This document shows positions 15,161-24,925 of a stretch of DNA of 34,529 nt, piece after piece. Position 1 is the stretch's first letter, and every line of letters begins with the position of its first letter. This DNA comes from Candidatus Woesearchaeota archaeon (GTDB lineage: Archaea > Nanobdellota > Nanobdellia > Pacearchaeales > GW2011-AR1): NCBI GenBank assembly GCA_964363545.1, contig CAYIIQ010000002.1, forward strand, positions 1-34,529, given 5' to 3'. The notes beneath the pieces were generated by a model. It was not told the origin of the DNA. It did not search any database and saw nothing but the letters and a program-made list of their open reading frames with translations. The position numbers were made by a program, and so were the translations under genes.

Positions 15161-16105
15161 TCACTCCAAACTCTCCAGATACTTTTCTACCTCCATCGCA
15201 GCCATACACCCAGAACCAGCAGCTGTTACTGCCTGTTTAAATCTCGGATCTTGAACATCTCCTGCGGCAAAAACTCCTGGAATACTTGTATATACATAAT
15301 TCCTAGTTTTAATATAACCAATCTCACCCATATCAAGTTTACCTTTAAAAATAGCTGTATTAGGAACATGCCCAATTGCAAGAAAAACCCCTTCACATTT
15401 CATTTCACTTATCTTTCCAGTTTTTAGGTTTTTCAATTTAACACCCCTCACAAACTTTCCATCTCCTAAAACTTCTTCCACAACACACTCCCACACAACT
15501 TTTATTTTTTTATTTTTGAAAACTCTTTCTTGCATAATTTTTGAAGCTCTAAACTTGTTTCTTCTATGCACAATTGTAATTTTTGTTGCAAATTTTGAAA
15601 GTGTTAAAGATTCTTCCATAGCAGAATCCCCTCCTCCAATAACAACAACTTCTTTATTTTTGAACAAAGCTGCATCACAAATCGCACATGTACTCACACC
15701 TCTTCCTTTATAATTTTCTTCTCCTTTAACATTCAACCACCTTGCACTTGCTCCTGTTGCAATAATAAGTGCTTTTGTCTGTAATTTCTTCCCACTTTCC
15801 AATATCAGTTCAAATCCTTCCTTAATTTTCTTGAAACTTTTAGCTGCATCAACTTGAAGTCTCGCTCCAAACTTTTCTGCTTGTTTTCTTGCCAACTCAA
15901 CAAGTTCTGGTCCTTGTATTCCTTCAGGAAATCCAGGATAATTCTCAACAATTGTTGTCAGAGAAAGCTGTCCACCACTTTCCGGTCCAGAAATAACTAA
16001 AGGTTTTAAGTTAGCTCTGGCTGCATAAATCGCTGCAGTTAACCCCGCAATTCCATCCCCTAAAATAACAAGCTTCTCCATCTTATCATATTTATCATTA
16101 AACAT
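15161..16105 (-). CDS. trxB: Thioredoxin-disulfide reductase
   Basis: FAD site GDGIAGLTAAIYAARA, redox-active CAICDA, NAD(P)H site GGGDSAMEE, and C-terminal GVFAAGDV. Confidence 0.9.
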   Translation of the reverse strand: MFNDKYDKMEKLVILGDGIAGLTAAIYAARANLKPLVISGPESGGQLSLTTIVENYPGFPEGIQGPELVELARKQAEKFGARLQVDAAKSFKKIKEGFELILESGKKLQTKALIIATGASARWLNVKGEENYKGRGVSTCAICDAALFKNKEVVVIGGGDSAMEESLTLSKFATKITIVHRRNKFRASKIMQERVFKNKKIKVVWECVVEEVLGDGKFVRGVKLKNLKTGKISEMKCEGVFLAIGHVPNTAIFKGKLDMGEIGYIKTRNYVYTSIPGVFAAGDVQDPRFKQAVTAAGSGCMAAMEVEKYLESLE

Positions 16106-16188
16106 TATAAATTTATTCTTTGAAAATAAAAACTTCTTTTATATTTATTATTTTAAATATCAAATAATTATATAAAACTATCGAAATC

Positions 16189-16253
16189 TAGAACAAAAGA
16201 CAATTCTGAAGGAATTGTCCACTGCTTAAAGGTAGTTATTTTTGTTCTGTATT
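16189..16253. repeat. Structured repeat, family B, copy 2 (second hairpin degenerate)
   Basis: TAGAACAAAAGACAATTCTGAAGGAATTGTCCACTGCTTAAAGGTAGTTATTTTTGTTCTGTATT. The first ~43 nt are near-identical to 10658..10700. Abuts and overlaps the stop codon of the VIT1 gene by 2 nt. Confidence 0.65.
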
Positions 16254-17112
16254 AAACTCTAATTCCAAACAAAACCCTCGTCACATAACCAATAAAAAAT
16301 GATATCAAAGCAACCCCAAAACTCACAATCAACATCTCAAAAAATTTTCTCTTAAACGAGAATCCTTTTGTTACAGAGATAAAATAACTAAAAAATAAAA
16401 TAATGCACATTGCAACTAACAATGTCAAAATTAATGCAACGTAATAAAAACTTAAAATAAAATAAGGCAAAACAAGAAGCGAGACTGCAATTAAATATGC
16501 TGCTCCTGTATAAACAGCTGCTTTGCTTGGATTTTTTCCACTAGTTTCAGATTTTTGTGACAAATATTCTGAAGCAGCCATTGACAAAGCTGCCGACAAT
16601 CCTGTAATTAAACCAACAACACCGATAAGCCTTGTATTCTGTAAAGCAAGACTTAAACCAGCTAATGCCCCAGTAATTTCAACTAAAGCGTCATTCAGTC
16701 CAAGAACAATCGAGCTTGTATACTCTAACTTCTCTTCTTTAATTAACTTAACAAGCTTATCTTCATGCCCTTTTTCATTTTCAAGAATTTTCTTAACATC
16801 AGGAATTTTTGATAAAACTAAGAAATATCTTTCCTGTATTTTCTTTTCTTTATTTTCCATATTCTTAATCGCAAAGGTTAAACCAAAAATTTTTGCAAGA
16901 AAAATATACTTAAAAACCTCAAACTTGTAAGGCTTAACATCTTTACCAGTATATTTTTTCCACGCATTATAATGTCTAAACTCATCTTGTGCTATTCGTT
17001 TTAACAAGCTACTATTACTACCTCTGAACTCAGAAAGGTTTTTATAAACTGCATTCTCTGTCGCCTCGATTCTTTGTAGTTTCTCAACAAACTTCCTCGT
17101 TTTCTTATCCAT
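16252..17112 (-). CDS. Erythrin (ferritin-like)-VIT1/CCC1 fusion, MbfA-like Fe/Mn exporter
   Basis: N-terminal di-iron-type ExxH motifs (DEFRHYNAW, EKGHEDKL). C-terminal VIT1 membrane domain (IVLGLNDALVEITGALAGLS... plus TM helices). Confidence 0.75.
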   Translation of the reverse strand: MDKKTRKFVEKLQRIEATENAVYKNLSEFRGSNSSLLKRIAQDEFRHYNAWKKYTGKDVKPYKFEVFKYIFLAKIFGLTFAIKNMENKEKKIQERYFLVLSKIPDVKKILENEKGHEDKLVKLIKEEKLEYTSSIVLGLNDALVEITGALAGLSLALQNTRLIGVVGLITGLSAALSMAASEYLSQKSETSGKNPSKAAVYTGAAYLIAVSLLVLPYFILSFYYVALILTLLVAMCIILFFSYFISVTKGFSFKRKFFEMLIVSFGVALISFFIGYVTRVLFGIRV

Positions 17113-17141
17113 TCATAATAAAAATGAATATGGTTTAAAAA

Positions 17142-17329
17142 TTATCTCTTCACAACCCCAACATCTATACAATCAGCCTCACACTCACTTGAATAAACTC
17201 TGCCATCATTTCCATTACAAATTCCATCTCCACATCTATCTACTACTTGCTTCTCCCAAAAAAACCAAACATAAAAGCTCCAAAAACTAAAAATAAACTC
17301 ACAACCACAATTACAAGTATAATTAACAA
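17142..17329 (-). pseudogene. Frameshifted small membrane-anchored CGDGxC-motif protein
   Basis: Minus strand: TTG at 17329 opens LLIILVIVVVSLFLVFGAFMFGFFGRSK*. The frame shifted by one base continues WFFWEKQVVDRCGDGICNGNDGRVYSSECEADCIDVGVVKR* (stop 17142-17144). The switch point is a T7 run (plus-strand A7, 17258-17264), and one extra T would give a continuous ~62-codon ORF. Confidence 0.45.
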
Positions 17330-17528
17330 CTAACTCTAACTTGATGCCATTTTATTCATGCTATTAAAGGTCAACAATAATAACATTTAAAAATGTGTAG
17401 ACAACTTCAAATTAAATTAAAATTAAATCTAAATAAAAATATTTAAACTGTATTAAGCATAAAAGCTGAACAGAAATTTTAGAAGCTCGAAAAGTTAGGA
17501 AATATACTGTAATTAAGCTCTTTACAAA

Positions 17529-18245
17529 ATGATAAAACCAGAAAAATTTAAAGTAAAAATAATAGAAACAAAAGACTTAAGCAATAGTGTAAAGATTCTA
17601 AAGTTGGCAGTTCCACAGGGTTTTAATTTTGAAGCAGGGCAGTGTGTAAGCATAAAATTTGATTTAATTGATGGAAACCCTATAAGAAGAAGCTACTCAA
17701 TAGCAACCCCCCCTTTTAATTTACCATATATAGAGTTATGTATAAAATTAGTAGAAAAAGGTGCTGGCTCAACTATTCTTTGTAATAAAAAAGTTGGAGA
17801 AGAAATAGAGATTATAGCACCTCTTGGATCATTTAAAATCGATGAGAGCTCAAAAAATAAAGACCTCATTTTTATAGCAACAGGCACTGGTATCTCTCCT
17901 TTTATCAGCATGATTCCTCTCCTCTTAAAAAATGGCTTCAATAAAAAAATTATTTTAATTTCTGGATTTAGAAATGAAAAAGGTTGGCTTTACAAACAAG
18001 AATTTGAGCAACTTGAAAAAAAGTATAAAAATTTCAAATATCTTACAATTTTAAGCAGTCCAGAAAAAAAGGAATACAAAGGTGAAGTAGGAAGAGTACA
18101 AAAGCTAATTGAAAAACACATTCCTGAAAATTTTAAAGGAGATTTTTATATTTGTGGTTTAAAGACAATGATAGATGGTGTAATAAAACTCCTAGAAGAA
18201 AAAGGAGTTTCTAAAAATAGTATATTTTTTGAGAAGTATGATTAA
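17529..18245 (+). CDS. FNR-family FAD/NAD(P)-binding oxidoreductase
   Basis: RRSYSIAT (RxYS FAD motif), GTGISPF (NAD(P) binding), C-terminal FEKYD. No Fe-S domain attached. Confidence 0.7.
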   Translation: MIKPEKFKVKIIETKDLSNSVKILKLAVPQGFNFEAGQCVSIKFDLIDGNPIRRSYSIATPPFNLPYIELCIKLVEKGAGSTILCNKKVGEEIEIIAPLGSFKIDESSKNKDLIFIATGTGISPFISMIPLLLKNGFNKKIILISGFRNEKGWLYKQEFEQLEKKYKNFKYLTILSSPEKKEYKGEVGRVQKLIEKHIPENFKGDFYICGLKTMIDGVIKLLEEKGVSKNSIFFEKYD

Positions 18246-18246
18246 A

Positions 18247-19338
18247 ATGACAAAAATCTTCATCAAAACTTTCGGCTGTCAAGCAAATATTTCAGACTCT
18301 GAACAAATTGCAGGCCTTTTGAAAAAAGAAAATTATAATATTGTAGAAGATGAAAGTGAGGCAGATACAATAATTGTAAATTCATGCTCTGTAAAAAACA
18401 AAACACAATCAAAAATCTTTCATTACATAAAAAGTCAACTAGAAAAAGATGTTTTTGTTGGCGGATGCTTAACAAAAACTATAAATCTAAGAAAAAAATT
18501 CCCAAAAATTAAAGCGATATTCGACACAAACTCAATTTTAAAAGTTCCAGAAATATTAAAAAATCCAAAAGATGTTTTTTCAAGCAAAAAAGAAGATAAA
18601 ATTTCAACTCCTTTAATTAGAAAGAATAACGAAATAGGAATAATACAAATATCAACAGGTTGTTTAAATGCGTGCACTTTCTGCGCAACAAAACTTGCAA
18701 GAGGAAACTTAAAATCTTACAAAATAGGCGATATAAAAAGAGCTTTTCAGAAAGCAATAGGAGATGGATGTAAAAAAATTTATCTAACCTCTCAAGATAA
18801 TGGGTGTTATGGTTTTGACATCAAAACTTCTTTGCCAGAACTTCTGGACGAGCTAGTAACAGTTAAAGGAAACTACAAAGTAAGAGTTGGGATGATTAAT
18901 CCTTGGCACTTAAAAAAAATTCTTACACAACTTGTAGAATCTTACAAGTCAGAAAAAATTCAGAAGTTCTTGCATCTCCCAGTCCAATCAGGAAGTGAAA
19001 AAATCTTGAAAGAAATGAAAAGAATTCATACAGTTGAAAATTTTAAAGAAGCTGTTGAAAAATTTCGAGAAACTTTCAAAAATATAACGATTACAACAGA
19101 TATTATTGTAGGTTACCCAACAGAAACAGAGCAAGATTTCCAAGAAACTTACAATTTAATAAAAGAAATTAAGCCCGAAGTCTTAAACATTTCAAAATTC
19201 TCTTCACGACCAAATACAACAGCTTCAAAAATAAAACAACTTCCTTCCGAAGTTATAAAGGAAAGGTCTGTAAAGTTGGATAAGCTTTATAAAAGTTATA
19301 GAAAAATTAAAAAACAAATACCTAAAAACGATCAATAA
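18247..19338 (+). CDS. Radical-SAM methylthiotransferase (MiaB/MtaB/CDKAL1 family), apparently without a TRAM domain
   Basis: UPF0004 N-domain (IKTFGCQANISDSE...NSCSV) and radical-SAM CLNACTFCATKLARG. Track start 18229 is TTG. The ATGs at 18238 and 18247 are alternatives, and 18247 directly follows the stop of the previous gene. The protein ends about 60 aa short of where a TRAM domain normally sits. Confidence 0.75.
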   Translation: MTKIFIKTFGCQANISDSEQIAGLLKKENYNIVEDESEADTIIVNSCSVKNKTQSKIFHYIKSQLEKDVFVGGCLTKTINLRKKFPKIKAIFDTNSILKVPEILKNPKDVFSSKKEDKISTPLIRKNNEIGIIQISTGCLNACTFCATKLARGNLKSYKIGDIKRAFQKAIGDGCKKIYLTSQDNGCYGFDIKTSLPELLDELVTVKGNYKVRVGMINPWHLKKILTQLVESYKSEKIQKFLHLPVQSGSEKILKEMKRIHTVENFKEAVEKFRETFKNITITTDIIVGYPTETEQDFQETYNLIKEIKPEVLNISKFSSRPNTTASKIKQLPSEVIKERSVKLDKLYKSYRKIKKQIPKNDQ

Positions 19339-19414
19339 GTTTAAAACTCATCAATTTATTTTCCACCTTCATAAAAAGATATTTAGAATAGTTTTGCATT
19401 TTAAACAATCCTTT

Positions 19415-19819
19415 CTAACTCGCTTCCTTCTTTCCAAAATACTTCAAAACAGCCAGTTTTAAAACTTTCAAAGACAAAGCAGCACATTTTATTCTTACAG
19501 GATTATTTTTCAAACTTTCTAAATGCAATTCTTTCAAAACATCCCCTATCTGCAATTTTAAAACATCTTCTGTATTTTTTCCTTTAACAATTTCTGTCAC
19601 AACAGAAGCAGCTGCTTGACTTATCGCACACCCCTCTCCCTGAAAACCGATTTCTTTAATTGAATTATTGTTAAATTTAACTTGTATTTCTACAACATCT
19701 CCACAAAAAGGATTATTATCTCTAAATGAAGTATCAACATTATTTAAAATTTTTTTATTTACCGGGTTTCTATATAACTCAAGCACAAGTTCTGTATACA
19801 ATTCATCAACGTTCATCAT
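19415..19819 (-). CDS. sufU: SufU/IscU-like Fe-S scaffold / sulfur acceptor
   Basis: NPFCGDVVEIQV, GEGCAISQAAASV and RIKCAALSLKVL give three conserved Cys in the U-type scaffold pattern. Confidence 0.8.
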   Translation of the reverse strand: MMNVDELYTELVLELYRNPVNKKILNNVDTSFRDNNPFCGDVVEIQVKFNNNSIKEIGFQGEGCAISQAAASVVTEIVKGKNTEDVLKLQIGDVLKELHLESLKNNPVRIKCAALSLKVLKLAVLKYFGKKEAS

Positions 19820-21030
19820 TTTCTTTTGTTAAAAAATTTTATTGCTTCTTCCAAAGCATTACATAATAAATCAACATCTTCTTTTGTATTATAAATATAA
19901 AAACTAACTCTAACAACGCTTGAAACTCCAAGTCTTTTCATTAAAGGCTGGCAACACATATGACCTGCTCTGACAGCTATTCCCTTAGAAGCCAAAAACT
20001 CAGCAACATCATGAGGATGTATTCCACTTACATTAAAACTTACAACTCCTCCTCTAATTTCAAGATTTTTTGGACCGTAAATTTTAATGCCTTTTATCTT
20101 ATTTAGTTTTTCCAGAGTATACTTCACTAAATCTTTCTCGTGATTTCTAATAGTTTCCATTCCAACTTTGTTCAAATAATCAATTGCTTTTCCAAATCCA
20201 ACAACTGCTGAAATATTTTGTGTCCCTGCTTCAAACTTTCTGGGAACTTCTGCCCAACTCGAATTTTCTAGTTCAACTTCACTTATCATATCTCCCCCAT
20301 ATAAAAAAGGATTTAGCTTTTCAAGTTCATTTTTCTTACCATACAAAACTCCAATACCCATTGGTGACAGCATTTTATGCCCTGAAAAAACCAAAAAATC
20401 ACAACCAATTTCTTTAACATCTACTTTCATGTTAGGAACAGACTGAGCGGCATCTATCAAAACTCTTGCTCCAACATTATGCACAAGCTTACAAATTTCT
20501 TTAATTGAATTAATTGTTCCTAAAACATTTGAAACATGCATCAAACAAACAAGCTTTGTTTTTTCATTTAACAATTTCTTAAACTGATCAATTCTCAAAA
20601 CCCCATTTTCATCTACATCAACAAATTTCAGTTTCACATCTTTTTTTTGAACATGTTGCCATGGAACAAGATTTGAGTGATGCTCGGCTATACTTAAGAT
20701 TATTTCATCTCCTTTACTAAATTCCTGAAACACAGAATACATAACAAGATTTATAGATTCGGTAGCACTTTTCGTAAAAACAATTTCATCTTTATCAGCA
20801 TTAATAAATCTTGCAACTTTTTCTCTCACAGCTTCGTATTCTTTACTAACTCGAATACTAATCGAATCACTTCCTCTATTCAAATTAGAATTGTAATTTT
20901 CATAATAATCTTTCATCGTCTCAATCACAGCTTCAGGTTTTTGTGAGGTTGCAGCTGAATTCAAATATACAAATCTCTTTCCATTAATCTTCTTCTGTAA
21001 AATTGGAAAATCTTTTTTTATATCTTGCAT
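19816..21030 (-). CDS. sufS: Cysteine desulfurase, SufS type
   Basis: Class V aminotransferase with PLP-Lys motif SGHKMLSPMGIGVLYG and an active-site Cys loop RAGHMCCQP. 4-nt overlap with sufU. Confidence 0.85.
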   Translation of the reverse strand: MQDIKKDFPILQKKINGKRFVYLNSAATSQKPEAVIETMKDYYENYNSNLNRGSDSISIRVSKEYEAVREKVARFINADKDEIVFTKSATESINLVMYSVFQEFSKGDEIILSIAEHHSNLVPWQHVQKKDVKLKFVDVDENGVLRIDQFKKLLNEKTKLVCLMHVSNVLGTINSIKEICKLVHNVGARVLIDAAQSVPNMKVDVKEIGCDFLVFSGHKMLSPMGIGVLYGKKNELEKLNPFLYGGDMISEVELENSSWAEVPRKFEAGTQNISAVVGFGKAIDYLNKVGMETIRNHEKDLVKYTLEKLNKIKGIKIYGPKNLEIRGGVVSFNVSGIHPHDVAEFLASKGIAVRAGHMCCQPLMKRLGVSSVVRVSFYIYNTKEDVDLLCNALEEAIKFFNKRK

Positions 21031-21031
21031 T

Positions 21032-21331
21032 TTAAATTACAACAAAAACATCATTCCCTTTAACAAAAGTTTTATAAATTTTCAAAGGTGTAGTAGCAGG
21101 CAAAGCTAAAACTTTTCCATCTTCTAAACTGAATCTTGCTCCATGATGCACACATTCAATTTCTTTTCCATCAATTACCCCATCATACAAAGGATATTTT
21201 TCATGCGTACATTCATTGTCAAAAGCAAAAATTTGGTTTTCTATTTTAACTAAAACGATTTCTTTACCATCAACTAACTTTACAACTCTTCCTTTATCAA
21301 AGTCTTCTAAACTACAAACTTTTCTCATCAT
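21032..21331 (-). CDS. Rieske [2Fe-2S] ferredoxin-like protein
   Basis: CTHEKYPL ... CVHHGARF matches CxH...CxxH Rieske ligands. Embedded between sufD and sufS. Confidence 0.8.
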   Translation of the reverse strand: MMRKVCSLEDFDKGRVVKLVDGKEIVLVKIENQIFAFDNECTHEKYPLYDGVIDGKEIECVHHGARFSLEDGKVLALPATTPLKIYKTFVKGNDVFVVI

Positions 21332-22389
21332 TTTTTAATTTTGATAAAATTTAAAATTTCATTTCTCATCTCAAGAATTTCGACTTTATCTAAAATTGAC
21401 AAGAAAAATCCTTCAATTAATAATCTTTTGCTTTCTTCTTCACTTAATCCTCTTGACTGCATATAAAAAAGTTTTTCTTCATCAAAAAGCTCAACAGAAG
21501 CTGCATGTCCTGCTTTCACATCATTACTCTCAATCTCTAAGTTTGGAATTAGATGAATTCTTGAATCTTTGTCTAGAACAACTCCTTGCTCTTTCACAAA
21601 TAAATCGATATTTCTTACATTTTTGTCAATTTTAGAATATCCCTCAAAACAAACAGTTCCTTTATTTTTTGCCATTCCTTTAGCTAACAAGAAACTCTTA
21701 TTATCAGAGTTTTTACAATATACTCTTGAATTAATATCCATTTCACTTTTATTGCAAAAGAAAATATCAAAAATATTTCCACAAGATTTTTGCCCTAAAA
21801 GATAATTCTCATTGCAACACTTTTTCAATCCAAAACCAAAATTAGCACTATAAACGTCAAGCTTTCCGTTATCATTAACAACTCCTTTGTTAAAAACAAC
21901 AACTACCCCTTCACTACATTGCAAAAATCCAAACTTGCAACTTCCATTTTCCTTAACAAAAATTATATTAACTAAATTAATCTCACCTTTACCAGAAACC
22001 CTAACAAAAACTTTAGCCTCAATATTTTCCTCTACTATAATCAAATTCCTAATAACTGCTTTTTTATCAGAATTAACATCCAAATTAAATTCTCCGCTTT
22101 TGTCAATTTTCACAAAAAAACCATCATTAAAATATGCATCATTATAAACTAAAAATTTGTCATTATAATCTCCTGTTTTTTGAAAATACTCCATCAGTTC
22201 TGGTTTTTCTCTCAAAGCTTTAACAATATCTTTAACATCAAAACCCCCATTAAAATTGAAAACTGCTTTTCCAATTTTATCATCGAATTTTAATCTAGAA
22301 AAATCAATTTCTTTTGAATTAAATTCTGGGAAACTATTCAAAAGTTTCATGTTTTCTATTTGAAAATCCTTAAAATTTTCAATTCCCAT
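21328..22389 (-). CDS. sufD: Fe-S cluster assembly protein SufD
   Basis: Beta-helix protein with a C-terminal SufB/D-type segment (AGHAASVELFDEEKLFYMQSRGLSEEESKRLLIEGF). Sits downstream of sufB. Confidence 0.75.
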   Translation of the reverse strand: MGIENFKDFQIENMKLLNSFPEFNSKEIDFSRLKFDDKIGKAVFNFNGGFDVKDIVKALREKPELMEYFQKTGDYNDKFLVYNDAYFNDGFFVKIDKSGEFNLDVNSDKKAVIRNLIIVEENIEAKVFVRVSGKGEINLVNIIFVKENGSCKFGFLQCSEGVVVVFNKGVVNDNGKLDVYSANFGFGLKKCCNENYLLGQKSCGNIFDIFFCNKSEMDINSRVYCKNSDNKSFLLAKGMAKNKGTVCFEGYSKIDKNVRNIDLFVKEQGVVLDKDSRIHLIPNLEIESNDVKAGHAASVELFDEEKLFYMQSRGLSEEESKRLLIEGFFLSILDKVEILEMRNEILNFIKIKK

Positions 22390-22405
22390 TTTAAACTAAA
22401 AGAAA

Positions 22406-23893
22406 TTAGCCAACAGAACCAGCCATATCAAGTTCTATAAGTTTATTTAACTCAATTGCATACTCCAGTGGAAGAGTTTTTGAAACAGGACTTAAAAATC
22501 CTAAAATAACCATTGCCTTTGCCTCTTCTTCTGTCAAGCCGCGACTTTGCAAATAAAATAAAATATCCTCACTAATTCTACCTACACTCGCCTCATGGCT
22601 TAAAGAAGTCGAGTTATTTTTTATATCAATATGTGGAACTGTATCGCTTCTTGATGCAGAGTCTAAAATTAAAGCATCACACTGGCTTGTTATCTTGCAT
22701 TTTTCTGCACTTTTATCAACTTGAATCAAGGCTCTAAAAGTTGTCCTTCCTCCATCTTTACTTACAGATTTTGAAACTATTCTTGAGCTTGTATCTGATG
22801 CGAAATGAATGACTTTATTTCCAGCATCTTGATGTTGTCGTTTTCCAGCATATGCTACAGAAAGCATATCTGCTCTAGCACCTCTTCCAACTAAATAGCA
22901 ACTTGGATACTTCATAGTAACTGCACTACCTAAATTACAATCAATCCATTCAACTACAGCATTCTCATGAGCAACAGCTCTTTTTGTAACAAGATTATAA
23001 ACATCAGGGCTCCAATTTTGGATTGTTGTGTATCTAACTTTTGCGTTTTTTAAAGCTACAACTTCTACAACTGCTGCATGTAAACTTTGTTTGCTATAAA
23101 TTGGCGCACTACAACCTTCAACATAATTTACTTCAGCTCCTTCATCAACAATAATTAAAGTTCTCTCAAACTGCCCCACACCTGATGAATTAATTCTAAA
23201 ATAAGCTTGTAAAGGCATATTCATATTTAACTTTACATTTTCAGGAATATAAACAAAGCTTCCCCCAGAAAAAACAGCTGAGTTTAATGAAGCAAATTTG
23301 TTATCAGAAATCGGAACAACTGTTCCAAAAAATTCCTTAAATTTTTCACTTGCTTTCAAAAGACTTTTTCTCGCAATTTCTAATGGAATTTCTAAAATTT
23401 CTGCCATTTCTCTAATTCTTTCTTCCGTAGGATTTAAACCGATATCAGGGTCTACAAAAATAACCCCCTTCAATGCAAGCTCTTTCAAAACTTTATGGTA
23501 CACTGATTCTGACTCATATTGGGCTCCCACACCTGATAAAAATTTTCTTTCAGCTTCTGGAATTCCAAGTCTGTCCCATGTCTTCCTTATATTTTCAGGT
23601 AGCTCTTCCCAATTTTTTACCATTTTCTCAATAGGCTTTAAATAATAAACAATCTCATCAAAATTAATTCCAGATAAATCAGCTCCCCATCTAGGCATTT
23701 TTTTATTAAGGAAAATTTTTAATGCTTTTAATCTAAATTCTCTCAACCATTCCGACTCTTTTTTTAATTTAGAAATATTTCTAACTACCTCTTCATTTAA
23801 ACCCTTCTTTTCAGTATATATATAATCAACTTTATCTTTGAAATCATACTTATATTCTGTAACAATTTCCTGAGTATTTTTTTCGTTTTTCAT
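22406..23893 (-). CDS. sufB: Fe-S cluster assembly protein SufB
   Basis: Strong SufB pattern (FERTLIIVDEGAEVNYVEGCSAP...HEASVGRISEDILFYLQSRGLTEEEAKAMV). Confidence 0.9.
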   Translation of the reverse strand: MKNEKNTQEIVTEYKYDFKDKVDYIYTEKKGLNEEVVRNISKLKKESEWLREFRLKALKIFLNKKMPRWGADLSGINFDEIVYYLKPIEKMVKNWEELPENIRKTWDRLGIPEAERKFLSGVGAQYESESVYHKVLKELALKGVIFVDPDIGLNPTEERIREMAEILEIPLEIARKSLLKASEKFKEFFGTVVPISDNKFASLNSAVFSGGSFVYIPENVKLNMNMPLQAYFRINSSGVGQFERTLIIVDEGAEVNYVEGCSAPIYSKQSLHAAVVEVVALKNAKVRYTTIQNWSPDVYNLVTKRAVAHENAVVEWIDCNLGSAVTMKYPSCYLVGRGARADMLSVAYAGKRQHQDAGNKVIHFASDTSSRIVSKSVSKDGGRTTFRALIQVDKSAEKCKITSQCDALILDSASRSDTVPHIDIKNNSTSLSHEASVGRISEDILFYLQSRGLTEEEAKAMVILGFLSPVSKTLPLEYAIELNKLIELDMAGSVG

Positions 23894-24612
23894 TTTAAAT
23901 GTGCATATCCTTTCTCCTCAATTTCTTTAACAACATCTTCATTTCCTGTTTTAACAATCTTACCATCAATCATAACATGAACAAAATTCGGTTTAATATA
24001 ATTCAAAATTCTTTGATAGTGTGTAATTAAAAGACAAGAAAAATTTACATCTTTCATTTCATTTATTTTAGATGCGATTTTTTTTAAGCTGTCTATATCT
24101 AAACCAGAATCAACTTCATCAATAATCGCAAGTTTCGGCTTTAATACATGCATCTGTAATATTTCAGATTTTTTTCTCTCTCCTCCAGAAAATCCTAAAT
24201 TCAAATCTCTGTCAACAATTTCTTCAGAAAAATCAAATTCTCTTGCCTTCTCTTTCAATTCTTTTCTAAACTCAATTAAATTTTTATTATCAGTTAATTT
24301 TTTTATGCTTTGAAAAAGAAAATTCCCAAGCCTTACACCTTCAACTTCTGTTGGATATTGGATTGACAAAAATATTCCTTCTCTCGCCCTCTCATCTGTT
24401 TTCATTTCAAGGATGTTTTTTCCATTAAAGATTATTTTTCCTCTTGTAACTTTATATCTTGGATGCCCCATTAATGTTAAAGCAAGAGTACTTTTCCCAC
24501 TTCCATTAACTCCCATTATGGCATGAACTTCTCCCCCCTTAATTTTCAAATTAACATCTTTCAAAATTTCTTTCTCATTAACTTCAACACTTAAATTTTT
24601 TATTTCTAACAT
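23890..24612 (-). CDS. sufC: Fe-S cluster assembly ATPase SufC
   Basis: Walker A GVNGSGKST, ABC signature FSGGERKK, Walker B LAIIDEVDSGLD, H-loop ITHY. Confidence 0.9.
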   Translation of the reverse strand: MLEIKNLSVEVNEKEILKDVNLKIKGGEVHAIMGVNGSGKSTLALTLMGHPRYKVTRGKIIFNGKNILEMKTDERAREGIFLSIQYPTEVEGVRLGNFLFQSIKKLTDNKNLIEFRKELKEKAREFDFSEEIVDRDLNLGFSGGERKKSEILQMHVLKPKLAIIDEVDSGLDIDSLKKIASKINEMKDVNFSCLLITHYQRILNYIKPNFVHVMIDGKIVKTGNEDVVKEIEEKGYAHLK

Positions 24613-24615
24613 TTT

Positions 24616-24921
24616 TTAACCATAACCTAGAGCAGCTCTTAACTCTGGCTCAATTTTATCAGGACCCCAAGGAGGATCAAATGTTATTTCAATTTCTGGT
24701 TTCAGTTTTATATTTTTTATAGTTTCCTTAACTTCCTCTACTAGAGTTTCTCCGTATGGACAAAAAGGTGAAGTGAAAGTCATTAAAACTTTAACTTTTC
24801 CTTTCTCAACTTCAACTTTATAAACTAAACCAAGGTCTATGATACTCTGCCCAAGCTCTGGATCAATCACTTTTCTAAGCTCTTTCATTACATTATCGTT
24901 ATTTAAAATTTTAGTTTGCAT
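24616..24921 (-). CDS. sufT: DUF59/MIP18-family Fe-S assembly protein (SufT-like)
   Basis: VMKELRKVIDPELGQSIIDLGLVYKV...FTSPFCPYG matches the DUF59 core. The track start at 24966 would overlap the upstream regulator. The ATG at 24921 leaves a 4-nt gap and a 101-aa product. Confidence 0.75.
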   Translation of the reverse strand: MQTKILNNDNVMKELRKVIDPELGQSIIDLGLVYKVEVEKGKVKVLMTFTSPFCPYGETLVEEVKETIKNIKLKPEIEITFDPPWGPDKIEPELRAALGYG

Positions 24922-24925
24922 TTTA

